From positions 11,718,001-11,782,000 of the forward strand of contig OZ287757.1 of the NCBI GenBank assembly GCA_965649765.1: DNA of 64,000 nucleotides, read 5' to 3'. Every line of letters begins with the position of its first letter. Position 1 is the stretch's first letter. This DNA comes from Bispira polyomma (Eukaryota). Shown here in pieces: positions 26,103 through 37,605 of this stretch. A program made the position numbers and the translations under genes. The notes beneath the pieces are model-generated. The model worked only from the letters and a program-made list of their open reading frames with translations, did no database searches and was not told the DNA's origin.

Positions 26103-26458
26103 ACATTTTCAAACCCAAGAGAAAACTGTCGCCAGGAACTGAAGGATTTTTTTGGGGTGGATAATAGGTTTACAGATAGTTGAAGTCATTGAAACACACA
26201 CCACAGCCTACTTCCGGCATGCAATAATCACCTCACGTGTATCTTTTTTTAACAGTGAAGTGTTCTGTACTAACAATTTCCTATTGTATGTAAAACCATG
26301 CTCTATGCGCTTTTTAACTCGCTCTTTGTGAGTAACTTAATGAAAATTGAATAATATTTTTGTGGTGTCAACTGCATGCTGACAGACATAGACAGACATA
26401 GGTTATGGGGGTAACGAATGAAGTCGGCTGATATTTGACAACCTAGGAGTCAAAAGGG
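26103..26458 (+). mobile_element. M5 MITE
   Basis: TTAA left flank; ends aaaaggg; body homologous to 16427-16770. Confidence 0.75.
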
Positions 26459-26627
26459 TTTGTATATATTTATATATTGGTTAATTACTTACCACACCTG
26501 GTCTTGTGTGTTTCTAACTGAGTGCATTTTGTGTATTCGTGGATCTTTGGGAAGAATAATGGAACGAGCAAGTATATATTAGTCTGTTCTTCCAGAATTA
26601 TTGTCCATTATTTACCAAATAAAGTAC

Positions 26628-26887
26628 GATTTTTTTTTTTATTTTGGATATTTAACGTCCACTCTAGTACCTGTTTAGGTTAAATTGGGACGGAAAGTTG
26701 GAAATGCTGGAGGAAACACTGCATACAGTTGATCAAGGTTCTGCACTGAAACCAGCGGCCCACAGTAAGGAACTACCACCTTTCCCACATAGGCATTGAC
26801 AGGATTCGAACTCACGCCGCCCAGAGGGGAGAGATCAGTGATTGCGAAGTGCAATGCTTGCTAACCACTAGGCCACCGCGGCCCCCT
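26628..26887 (-). mobile_element. SINE family A, full length
   Basis: 12-bp TSD caaataaagtac (26616-26627 / 26888-26899). Confidence 0.93.
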
Positions 26888-26968
26888 CAAATAAAGTACA
26901 AGCATTGTGAACTTACATTGTGAAATTTCTTCAGATTGTATTTAAAAATTGTAATCTACTTTTGAGGC

Positions 26969-27287
26969 AGGGACAGCGGTGACCTAATGTTTAAAAGTAT
27001 CTGCTTCATAATCACTGGCCTCTCACCAATGTGGATTTGAATCCTTCTCGTTCCTTTATGTCGGAAATTATGTCAGGTAGAGATTCTACTTCCTATATGG
27101 CGGTGGTTTACATTGGTTTAAGTATTGGTTTCTTCCACCATTAAATCCGATGATTGTGCTATGAGCTAAGTTTAGGTTGGTGGTTTACAGTGGCTTTAGT
27201 ACTGGTTTCGTCCACCATTTTGAATCTGATGACTGTGCTATGAGCTAAGCTCTCGAAAGCGACACAACATCCCTACTAAATTCAATT
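26969..27287 (+). mobile_element. SINE family B with an internal ~75-bp tandem duplication
   Basis: Head like family A (aatcactggcctctcacc); ggtttc..ccaccatt..gtgctatgagctaag present twice. Confidence 0.7.
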
Positions 27288-28075
27288 TCTAGTTTTTAGG
27301 CTATTTTTGCCAATGATCCGCCTTTTTTAATAAAAAACTCGCCCCATTGTCAGAATGTTTTATTCACTGTGCACTTCATCAAATTGTTTATATGACACCA
27401 TTTGTTTTGGTTTTAGCCATTGACTATAGGAGATAAAATCTGTTTTTTTTGGTAATTTGAAAAACCACTTGCTACAGAATCATGCACTTAAGGCAGTATA
27501 ACAGTTGTAGTGACTATATATAGTTGGTTAAAACCCACTAAAACCATAAATAACACACTTCATCTCATGGGGTTGGATTTCCCCCTTATGTGTCTGTGAA
27601 ATACCCCCCACCCCCCATGGATTTTATGAGGTTGACATAAATACTTGTCATTATTTAGTGGACAAGTAAGAGTGTGGTGGGGAGGAGGGAGGGGAGGGGG
27701 GACCTCTGTTGTACTAGTACAAACTCTAAATAATTGTCTCTGACCCTGTAATTAACCTCTATCTGTGTGTATTGATTCACAAGGGAGAACATGGGTTGTC
27801 TTTTTAAAAGAAATACACTATAACATTGTTAACTTATTTTAAAATAGATGGGAGGTTAGACTGTCAAATAGATATGTCACATATGTAGATTCAATTTTGA
27901 TTTTCTCTCTTTTAAAAAGGTTTATGATTTGTGCCCATGTCCATTGGTTGGTTTATTTGATTTGTTTGAAACTGACCATAAATTATTATCCAGATATAGT
28001 CGGAAAATATCCAATATGGTCGAAAATGCTTGTGTAAAACACTATTATATTTATTTTAAACTCTGTAATTCTCAA

Positions 28076-28310
28076 CCCTTTCATCTCCTATAAAAAACTT
28101 ATGCTTGGAACTAAAGGACATTTTTTTTCGGAATAGGTCACAGATAGCTGAAGTTACTAAAACACAAACCACAGACTACTTCCGGCATTCAATAATGGAC
28201 TGCATACATATTTTTAAAACGAGGAATCTGTGCAACAATTTTCTGTTGCGAGGAACTAAATATATTTTTGGGGTGTCCACTGCTTACCGCCAGACTTAGG
28301 TTTTGGAGTG
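28076..28310 (+). mobile_element. M5 MITE (3'-truncated)
   Basis: CCCTTT start; aaaacacaaaccacagactacttccggcattcaataatgg. Confidence 0.75.
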
Positions 28311-28439
28311 GGCTAGTGGAGAGAAGGGGGCGTGTTCACAAACGTTCTTAGAATGAGACCTTTCTCCAGCACAGCAAATCAGATTGTTTACAAAATATAT
28401 TTTCAACCAAATCAAATTGGTTAATATTTAACTCTCTAA

Positions 28440-29077
28440 GCTTTCACTTCCTTTCAGCATGTTTTTTATCGGCCGACGTCCCCTCATTACACAATATCAC
28501 CAAGTGCTTCCTTTCAGCATATTTGTATCAGATCTGATCAGACGTCGTCCGACGTCTGTTTGGCAAAAATATTTTATCTGTCAGGAAGCGGAAAAATCGG
28601 GGAGGACTGTCTAATTTTGACATAAAAATGTCTACAGAAAGACTATCATAGGTATAGTTTTTATTCTATATATATATACTAAATATTCGTCAGATGTTGA
28701 CTTAAGAAATGCCATGAGAAAGCTTATTTTATTGTGATTACGATGCTTTTTTTCCCCAACAAAATCCGTTAAGAAACGGCTCAGATAATTATGTTTATAG
28801 ACGGGTAACCCTTTTAACTTTCCCCTTTACTGTTTATAATACATCACAGCAACGTCATAATGACATCGGTTTTGTAGCTACATCACCGTTTAGACACCTG
28901 AAGTAAAAATGGGCACCCTTATTTAACTGTATACATCTCAGCTGTAAAAAAATCACAATAAAGTAAGCTTTTTCATGCCATTTTTAAAGTCAACATCTAA
29001 CGAATATTGAGTGAATGTCGGATGAAAGAAAGCACAACGTCGGCCGACGTCAGAATTTGCTGAAAGGAAACATAGGC
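28440..29077 (+). mobile_element. MITE family M2 (Harbinger-like), split by M4
   Basis: TAA TSD on both sides; cttcctttcagca / tgctgaaaggaa TIRs. Confidence 0.8.
28686..29004. mobile_element. MITE M4 with ~55-bp TIRs, TA-flanked
   Basis: ttcgtcagatgttgacttaagaaatgccatgagaaagcttattttattgtgatt mirrored by aatcacaataaagtaagctttttcatgccatttttaaagtcaacatctaacgaa. Confidence 0.85.
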
Positions 29078-30211
29078 TAAGAATAAGAATCTTTGTGAAT
29101 ACCTTTCCACCACCAAGGCGCCTGGTCCCTTGGCAATGGAATGCAATCTACTGAGTTGAACTATTTAAAACCTAATTTTAAGAGTCCTTCTTGTTAGAGG
29201 TTTTTAGCCCTTTTGTGATGTGCTTTTTATTCGTTGTTAGCTTTTTCTAGTTTTAGTTTGCATTAAGATGCACTATTTGTTTCCATTTAAAAAAAGTTCC
29301 AAGGTAACTGGGCTGACAGAAAATCTATTGAATTGGAATTTACTATTGATAAAAACAGCAACAGCCCAGAAAATAAAACCTCCTCAGTCGATATCAAAAG
29401 AGATTCTGTAGGTGGCAAAGGTTCTTTATTACCGTAAACCTATACAAGCATTTATCCAATGCAAAACGTGAAACTATTTTGTTCTCCGACTGATTATTCC
29501 GAGTACTATAATAGCATCACTGCAATAAGATTACTTACATGAAGAGCTGCTTTACGTTGAATTAATTGCCAACACATTGTTTATGCTACATTAGCCAATC
29601 ACATAACAATACAAAGTGACCGTATGTCACATGCTATCTTTTGTCTGGTCATTTTCGGTTGCATGAATTTATTTGAGTTTTACGTTGCAGGGGTTGATAC
29701 ATGAACATGTATTTGAATTATGTATTATAGTGCTGTGTGTGGTGTGTATATTTCTGTCGTGCAGTGGTGTGTCGTTCCCTGCAGTGTAGTGAAGTGTGAT
29801 ATAGTGCAACTATATTGATTTTGAGAAATTCAAATACAGCACTTTCTGACCAAAATACAATCTTGTAACATTTCTTCTTGAAACTATTTATTATCATGCA
29901 AGGTAGACCTTTTAAATTTTATTTCTTGCTTTTATTTTACATTTTACACAGTTTTTATATTTAACCGTGTGTTTATATATGCTCTAGACAAAGGATGGTT
30001 GCAGTGTGGATTATATAAACTGAAATTCCTGGCTCCTGTGGATGTGTTATTAGTCAATGCTTTGACATATGCGAATTTGCTCATTTTGGGCTACGGTTGA
30101 GGGCTGTTCTTATTGTTATTTGAAATTTATCATATTTATTTCTTGAAATCACAAACAACCTCCACCCTAAATTCGCATGTTACAAAGCACTGCTTGCTAT
30201 ATATTTACAGA

Positions 30212-31273
30212 ATGGCACCTCGTGCAAATCATGATTGTCGTGTTTGCAAGACAAGTCACAAAAAACCCATAAACGATAACTGTCCGTTTATTAATCAGCC
30301 TGAAAACAATGACACTAATGACACTTCTACTATGTCTATTAAGGCACGTATTTTAGAAGAACTGAAAGGGCTAAGTGGAAGAATGTCAGCCATGGAGAAA
30401 CGGGTAGAGCAATCCGAAAATAGACAATTTGTTGCTAGCTCTACAGTAAGCCCTATAAATGTTGCCCCAAGTGGAATTCCCGCGGGGGCTGCGAGTGCTC
30501 TACAGACTGTTCCCACATTGACGCTGCCGACAGCCACCTAGACGACTCCTACTGTACCTGTCACCACAGACGATACACTGGTTCCTTCCCTGGCTACTCT
30601 GAAGACATCCGAGTACCTCCAGAATTCTGTAGATTCCAGACTGAGGGACTTAGCCAGCCTCAACGATAAAGGTAATGTCAAATCACAGAGAGGGGGGCCA
30701 GAAACGGTGTGGGTAAAACGCCAGGTTCCCTGGCCGCAGAACAATATTTTGGGAGGCACAACTAAGTCAAGAACTACATATGATAGTTTATCGATGGCTC
30801 AGTGGGTCGCAGGATTCTGCTCTATTGTTCGGGATGAAAATAACATTGAGACAAAAAATGCAATGTTAGATTATGTACAAGACTTAATGGAGGACTGCAA
30901 TGATTTTTCTTGGGCGGCTGCCAAAGGAAGTCATGCGGTTCTTCTATGTCGTATGGAAGAGGGTAAAGTTACTTGGCAAAAAATGGCCAAAATAGACAGA
31001 ATTAGAAGGGCGCATGCCCAAAGGGTGGTAAACAACACGGTTTCTTCCTCTCAATACAGTAAGACTAGACAGCAAAGTAGCGACAAGGGAATACCTTTCA
31101 GGTATTTCCAAAAAGGTTCGTGCCCACAAAGAAGGTATCACGAAACAAAGGGTCAGATGTACTTACACATTTGCTCTACTTGTTTCGCCATTGGGAAGTC
31201 TTATCCCCATGCCTCTAAAGATTGCCATAGAAACAAAGGCAAAACTGACCAGAATGTCGCAAAAAACGAGTAA
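30212..31273 (+). pseudogene. gag-like ORF1 (one in-frame TAG at 30539-30541)
   Basis: ORFs 30113-30541 and 30707-31273 share one frame and the gap between them is open; N-terminal CxxCxxxH..C, a coiled coil, VPSLATLK..VDSRL, WPQN..YDSLSMAQWVAGF..LMED..FSW, and a Cys/His-rich C-terminus. Confidence 0.8.
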
Positions 31274-33629
31274 GGCACTGCAGTACAGCAATGCACAAAT
31301 GTAAAATACTGAATACTGATCATGAATCTGTATATATTAGAGATCAAACGAAATATTGTAATACCAGAACTGTATATAATGTAAATTACCAAGCTGTGTG
31401 TAGTGACAACTGGAGGTCAGATTGGGCTAGATTCATTAATAAATCTTATGCACAAGTCGTGGCTCAAAACACAGGTAAAGTAAATAATAATCAAAAAACA
31501 CAACAGAATCCCGCCTCCAATTGTCACACAAGCGCGAAATGTCAAATGTACAGTGATGTATGTCCTAGTAATGTCAGTAGTTACAGGAACTCAAGGCAAC
31601 AGGTAGAAAGGGTGAAAGTTGGCACCTCTCAGGGTGTGAAACCTCTCATTAAAGAAACCCTCCTCTCCACTCCTATACCCAAGGGTCAAAGCCCCCCCTC
31701 TTTGAAACGTAGTGTCACAAAAATGTCACACAAATCAAGGGATAAAATGGGTTGCCAAAATAATCAATTACACTGTCAAAACAGATTTGCACCTCTTCAC
31801 AATTTGAGCATTGATGACGACCTTGTAATAAATACAAATCCTTGTAGTCAAAGTAGTCCAGCCTCACAGCCGGGTGATAAATATGCTCTGCAACTACAGG
31901 TAAAAAAGAAACACAGAGATGCTGTGTCAATGGCACAAGATAATAAATTGTTCAAAGCCTGGAATAGCCAAAATAAGGAAAAATTTGGGTTTATTCCCTT
32001 GCGGGATGCAAAATTGCCTAAAGAGGTTAAGGCTTGGTCACACTTGAGTTGCACAAAGTGGTTAAAGAAAACAAACTACCAAACTATCTAAATACCTGTA
32101 CAATCACAACTAAATGTCACTGAGTGGGAAAAGCTACTAGAACATTACTGGGATCGCCAGTTAATACAGCTTATCAAATTTGGGTTTCCTCTAGATTTTG
32201 ATAGGACTTGCTCCCTAGAGAATAAAGGGGAAAATCACAGCTCGGCCGTTCAGTACGAAAACGACGTTAAGGCTTACCTTGATTAGGAGAAAAACTTTAA
32301 TGCGATAATAGGTCCCTTCAGGGACCCTCCATTATCCAAACTTCATGTCTCTCGTTTTATGATGTGTCCAAAGCCAGATGCAAAACATAGACGGGTTACT
32401 ATAGATTTAAGTTGTCCTCAGGGTTGAGCAGTAAATTCAGCAATACAAAAAGACCAATACTTAGGTACTCCTTTTATTCTAACCCTGCCTACAGTTGACA
32501 ACATTACTAAAAACGTAATTAAATTGGGAAAAGGTGCACTGCTATACAAACTAGACATTAGTCGTGCATTTAGACACGTCAAAATTGATCCAGCAGATTA
32601 CAATTCATTAGGTTTACAATTAAATAATTACTACATAGATACTTGCTTGCCATTTGGATATCGGCACGGAAGCGCCATCTTCCAGCATCTCAGTGACGCC
32701 ATAAGGTTTATTATGACGTCAAATGGTCATGACGTCATCAACTATATCAATGACGTCATAGGATACGGACTTCCGGATTCAATTTCCCAGTCATTTGAAT
32801 TATTAAAAGACACGTTTCACAAATTAGGCTTCGCCATAAGTGAAAAGAAGATGGTAGCCCCCAGTACAAAAGTGATATGCCTAGGCGTATTAGTCGATAC
32901 AGAGAAATTTACAGTGTCAATCCCGGATAGCAAACTAGATGAAATTAAGCAAATATGTAAAAGCTGGAAAGACAAGAAAGTCTATAATAAATGGCAGCTA
33001 CAATCACTATTAGGCTCTCTCCTATACGTGTCAAAATGTCAAAACCTCTAGAGCATACCTTAACCGAATGTTAGATACTATCAGAGGGGCTTTTCAACAG
33101 GATTTGAACTGGTTTGATACATTCCTTACTTCCTTTAATGGGGTCGCATTTTTTGACCATAAACTCATCACTGATGAAGTACATTTAGATGCCTGCCTGC
33201 AGGGTTTAGGCGCTTCTTGCAATAATGAGATATACACTAAGCAGATACCATTGGGTTACAATAACTATACTATTGTCGATTTGGAAATGTTAAACATATT
33301 GGTTGCCCTAAGAGTCTGGAAAAATCACTGGTCGGGAAGAAAACTACTAATTCATTGTGATCATCAAGCTGTAGTGTCAATTTTAAACTCCGGTAAAACC
33401 TATGACCATACTTTGGCCGCAATAATGAGAAATATCTTTATGGTGGCAGCCCAAGCCGATATTGTGCTAAGAACAGTCCATATTTTGGGAAAAATGAACA
33501 ATACTGCCGACTTACTATCTAGATGGGCTATTACACCCAATAATGTTGACAACCTAAGCGAATTAGTAAAAAAAACCCACATGGCTTCAGGTCAAAGATG
33601 ACCTGGTACAGATAAATTGAGCTATTTAG
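31261..33629 (+). pseudogene. pol: reverse transcriptase + RNase H (DIRS/Ngaro type)
   Basis: FGFPL, GPF..PP, RRVTIDLS, LYKLDISRAFRHV, LPFGYRHGSAIFQ, YIND (YxDD decayed), CLGVLVDT; RNase H HLDACLQGLGA, LEMLN, IHCDHQAVV, HILGKMNNTADLLSR; stops at 32089, 32284 and 32425. Confidence 0.92.
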
Positions 33630-33645
33630 ATGTAAAATTTTTCAG

Positions 33646-34596
33646 GTTCTTCTACCTGGATGAACAGGCTAGCTGACATGGCGGCCAATCGAGCTCATCA
33701 AGCATTCCCACCAGCTACTCAAAAAGCTTCCTCTTCCATGTTTAGGGTGTTTCTAGCATACTGTTGTTTTGCTCACATTTCTATTCATCATATAACTCCA
33801 ATCACACTGCTTTCCTTCTTGGAAGTGCTAGTTGTCAATAATACGTCTCAGACATCAGTAACTACCTATCTGCCATTAAGGCTCAAATATCACTTTTCAG
33901 CCTCCAAGTGGGTGCCTTTTCTGATCAAAGAATTAAATACTTTCAAAAAGCTCTAATTTCACAAAGGCCTTTCAGAGCTAAGATAAATGGAATAATAGAT
34001 ATTGATCTGCTGGAAAAAATAGAAAAAACGTGTGACTCCATGTTTATGGATCAAATTTACAAAACTGCTTACCTTCTGGGTTTCTTTTATTTCCTAAGAA
34101 TTTCCAACCTAGTCCTACATTCCATGTCTACATACTCACCTCTTCACCAGTTAGCCAGGGCTGACATCATCTTCGCCCTCCTTGTGCTCATATTATTATC
34201 AAATGGACTAAAACCCTACAATCTAGAAATACCATTAAAGTCCTTAAAATTCCATCTTTACAGAATATTGCTATCTGCCCGGTTATGGCTCTAAAAGCCC
34301 TACTTACCATTACACCTGGCAGCAAAAACTCTCCCTTGTTTCAAGTAAAAAATAATGGTACCTGGGTTCCACTAACTGATTCTAAAATTCGTGCAAACCT
34401 AAAACACATATTGGCCAGGTTAGGTAAATCGGAATCCGCTCTGGCGCCACATTGGCATTCAATGCCCATGTTCCCTACAAGACATTCAGAGCCAGGGCAT
34501 TTGGTCCTCTGAATGCGTTTGAAGATACATTACACAAGATCTGACCAAGTAGCCCTCGCCCTTCAGTCTCTGCTCAACTCAACCCCTACCTCCTAG
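33646..34596 (+). pseudogene. Tyrosine recombinase (YR), frameshifted, HxxR box deleted
   Basis: AF..ATQ..MFRVFLAYC, GFFYFLRISNLV (catalytic Arg box), IKWTKTLQ, ICPVMAL, PLF, (R)SGATLAF, GIWSSECV*RY. Confidence 0.88.
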
Positions 34597-35180
34597 TTGG
34601 GCCTTGGTGGTTATTGTCTTATCTAATTAAAATTTACAACTTTTAACTTTACCTTTTGCTAACCTACTTAAGACCACCTTATAGTCAAAATTTTATGGTA
34701 ACCTCAAAGAGAAATGTAAGGCTAAGGCCAGTCTTAAATTATTTAATATAAAATGTTAAGGTTACCTTAAATTCATTAATAGTAAAATTAATATCCTTAA
34801 TTTACGTTCACCTTAAACCAAGTCTAACTCAAGCCACACTTAATGTAACTTAGACTATGGTCATCGTTATCTCACTAAGGTGGTCTTATTTAATTTAAAA
34901 TATTTTATCAATTCATATATATGTGTAGAAGTAGATAAATATATATAATCCTAACTGTTGTCTTATTTGAGGTCAAACTCCAACTCAAGGTCAGAGCACT
35001 AAACTTCTTATATACTGAAAACTTCAGGATTCCAGTTTTGCACTAGTCTTCCTGAAGGGCCCCGTCTTATTGCAGTTCAGAGAAGATCCTGACACTACCA
35101 TACTAATCTGTAATACTTTCGTCCCACCAAAACATTGGCTATCGTAATGTAATGATCAATTGGTGAAAAATCAACATTTA

Positions 35181-35422
35181 CCCTTTTCACCCCAAGGAAC
35201 AATTACCGCCCTGTACCGAAGGAAATTTCTCGGTAATAGGCTATGGAAAGCTGGAGTCACTAAAACACACCCCACAGAATACTTTGGGGATTCAAATGTA
35301 ATGCCCTCATGTATAATATTTTAATTTTATAACGGGGAACAATGCGGTACTAACACTTTCATATTGTTAGGACCTGAAAATTTAGTCCAATGTTTGCCGG
35401 CAGACATAGATTCTGGGAGTAA
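35181..35422 (+). mobile_element. M5 MITE interrupted by M2
   Basis: cccttttc start; agctggagtcactaaaacacac. Confidence 0.7.
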
Positions 35423-35730
35423 GCCTGTGCATCCTTTTAGCAGATTCCGACGTCAGCCAATTTATTAACATCCGAGCCGATCCGACATCAGCCAATGTAG
35501 CATTTCCTTTCATCCAATATTAAAAAACATTTTAATATAATTCTTTTTCTTCATTTTTGTTCAAAAATTGGACAGACGTCCCGATTGTTTCACTCTCTGA
35601 CCAATAAATTTTGATGGTACGTGTAACAGATGTCAGCCGACGTCTGATCTAATCTGAGGGAAATATGTTGAAAGGAAGCCATTAGTAATATTAAATAATG
35701 ATCGATAACATGCTAAAAGGAAGCCTAAGC
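35423..35730 (-). mobile_element. M2 MITE
   Basis: Reverse-complement homolog of 38165-38507; TAA and TTA flanks. Confidence 0.8.
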
Positions 35731-35744
35731 TTAGAGATGCTGTC

Positions 35745-36004
35745 TTTTGAATTGAATTTGGATATTTTTAACGTCCACTCCAGTACCTTTTAGTAGGTTA
35801 TATTGGGACAGGTAGTTAGAAACGCTGGAGGAAACATTGCATACAATTGATCAAGGTTCTGCACTGAAACCAGCGGCCCACAGTAAGGAACTACCACCTT
35901 TCCCACATAGGCATCGACGGGAGTCGAACTCAAGCCACCCAGAGGTGAGAGACCAGTGATTGTGAAGTGCAATGCTTGCTAACCACTAGGCCACCGCGGC
36001 CCCC
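35745..36004 (-). mobile_element. SINE family A, full length
   Basis: 14-bp TSD ttagagatgctgtc / ttatagacgctgtc. Confidence 0.92.
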
Positions 36005-37319
36005 TTATAGACGCTGTCAGCTGCTAGCTGGCAACAAAAGTGGTTGACACGGTTAATTTCAAAATTAAAATCCATGATACAATACCTAATGGTTGAAAAA
36101 AATTGGTAAAACAAATTGGGTTAATCGCTTATTTATCCTGGAGCTTCACATACAGGTATGTTAGGCCCAACAATGGATATATTTAGAAATTCACAGAGGA
36201 AAACAGATTAACTTAGTCCCAGCACAAACCAGTCCAGAATGGTTAATCCTCAAAGACCATGCAGTCTGATAAGGGTAAAGTGACTTACTTGTCTTTAAAT
36301 TTTTAACAGTTGTGATAGGATTTACCAACCAGTAAACAAATATTTCATTAGGAAAAGCTGTTACTAATTTAAACGACGGGTTAATGAGTTTAAGAAAGCT
36401 GCAAGTGGCTTCAAGATGGCACAGACAGCTTCTAGTATATGTTAATAGAAAGCCTTTAAGTATCATAAATTGGGATTTGCGAATCGATTCTTATCTGGTT
36501 TAGGTGCATTTTAATGCGCAAAGCGATGTAACCAAAGTAAAATTCAGAAATAAAAACTAAAAATCGTAGTTTTTTGGTTCTTGAAGTAAATAAGAAACCG
36601 TGTTAAAAAGTTATATTTTCAAGGTAAAGTTGAAATAACCTCCCCAAGGATCTAATTATCGGTACAATGGTAGATTTGTGACATTTGTTTTGATGGAGAC
36701 TGTAAAACTTAATAAAGACTACACATGCATATCATAATTCTTTGGAAGAGCATGTTTTTGCTAAAGAACCTGAAGATTGAATAAACCATTGCTTAATGGT
36801 AATTGCTTTTCTGAAATCAGAAAAGCCATAAAAACGTTGAAGTAATGGCTATATATTCAGTTCCAATGTCACATTCTATCAATGGTGTGTGATTTAATAA
36901 TGTAAATATATCTTTTTAATCAATATGATTTATTTATATATATATTCTTAAATGTTGATTACCTGTAGGAAATTTGACCAAATGTTACCAAAAATAGCTA
37001 CAGTCTTTGATTGCATTATAATACCATTCAAAAAGTATTGTCATAAATCTGCCAAATACTAATGGACACATTATGTGTGCATATATACAAAGGATAAATA
37101 TCTTTCAACAGCTAAAAATTACTGTAACTTAAAACTATTCAGGTCGTTCCCTGAAATTATAGATGTTGCACTTGACACCAGTTTGAGGGGCGGGGGGGGG
37201 GGGAGGGGGGGGGCTGATGTCATAGATGACTTGATTTCTGAGGTTCACTGTGACGTGTCCCTCTGGCAAGATAGCTGAGAGACAGCATATATGCTGGTAG
37301 CTTTAATGGGCAGTCTTTA

Positions 37320-37605
37320 AAAACGCTCTTTTATTGTTTCCGGCAACAATTTCAGATGAGAAGGTTACAGACAGCTGGAGTCACTAAAACACACACCACA
37401 GACTACTTCTGACATTCAATACCGGCCTCACATATAATTATAAAAAGGGGCGAATTCTGCTGTACTACCCATTCCCTACTTCGAGGGACTGAAGATAATC
37501 AGAATAATATTTTCAGCGTGTCGACTATTTGCCGACAAATATAGGTCCTGGGAGGAACAAATGCTATTGTCTGACAGTCGACAACCCAGGAGTCAAAATC
37601 AGGGT
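37320..37605 (+). mobile_element. M5 MITE
   Basis: cagctggagtcactaaaacacacaccacagactacttc..gtcgacaacccaggagtcaaaa. Confidence 0.7.

Larger units (their letters stand above)
28326..29103. mobile_element. M3-like MITE hosting nested MITEs
   Basis: ggggcgtgttcacaaacgttctta ... taagaatctttgtgaatacc. Confidence 0.6.
29519..35100 (+). mobile_element. Tyrosine-recombinase retrotransposon (DIRS order, Ngaro-like), decayed; termini uncertain
   Basis: Colinear gag, RT/RNase H and YR on the same strand; no recognisable methyltransferase, protease or DDE integrase; several stops, frameshifts and deletions. Confidence 0.9.
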
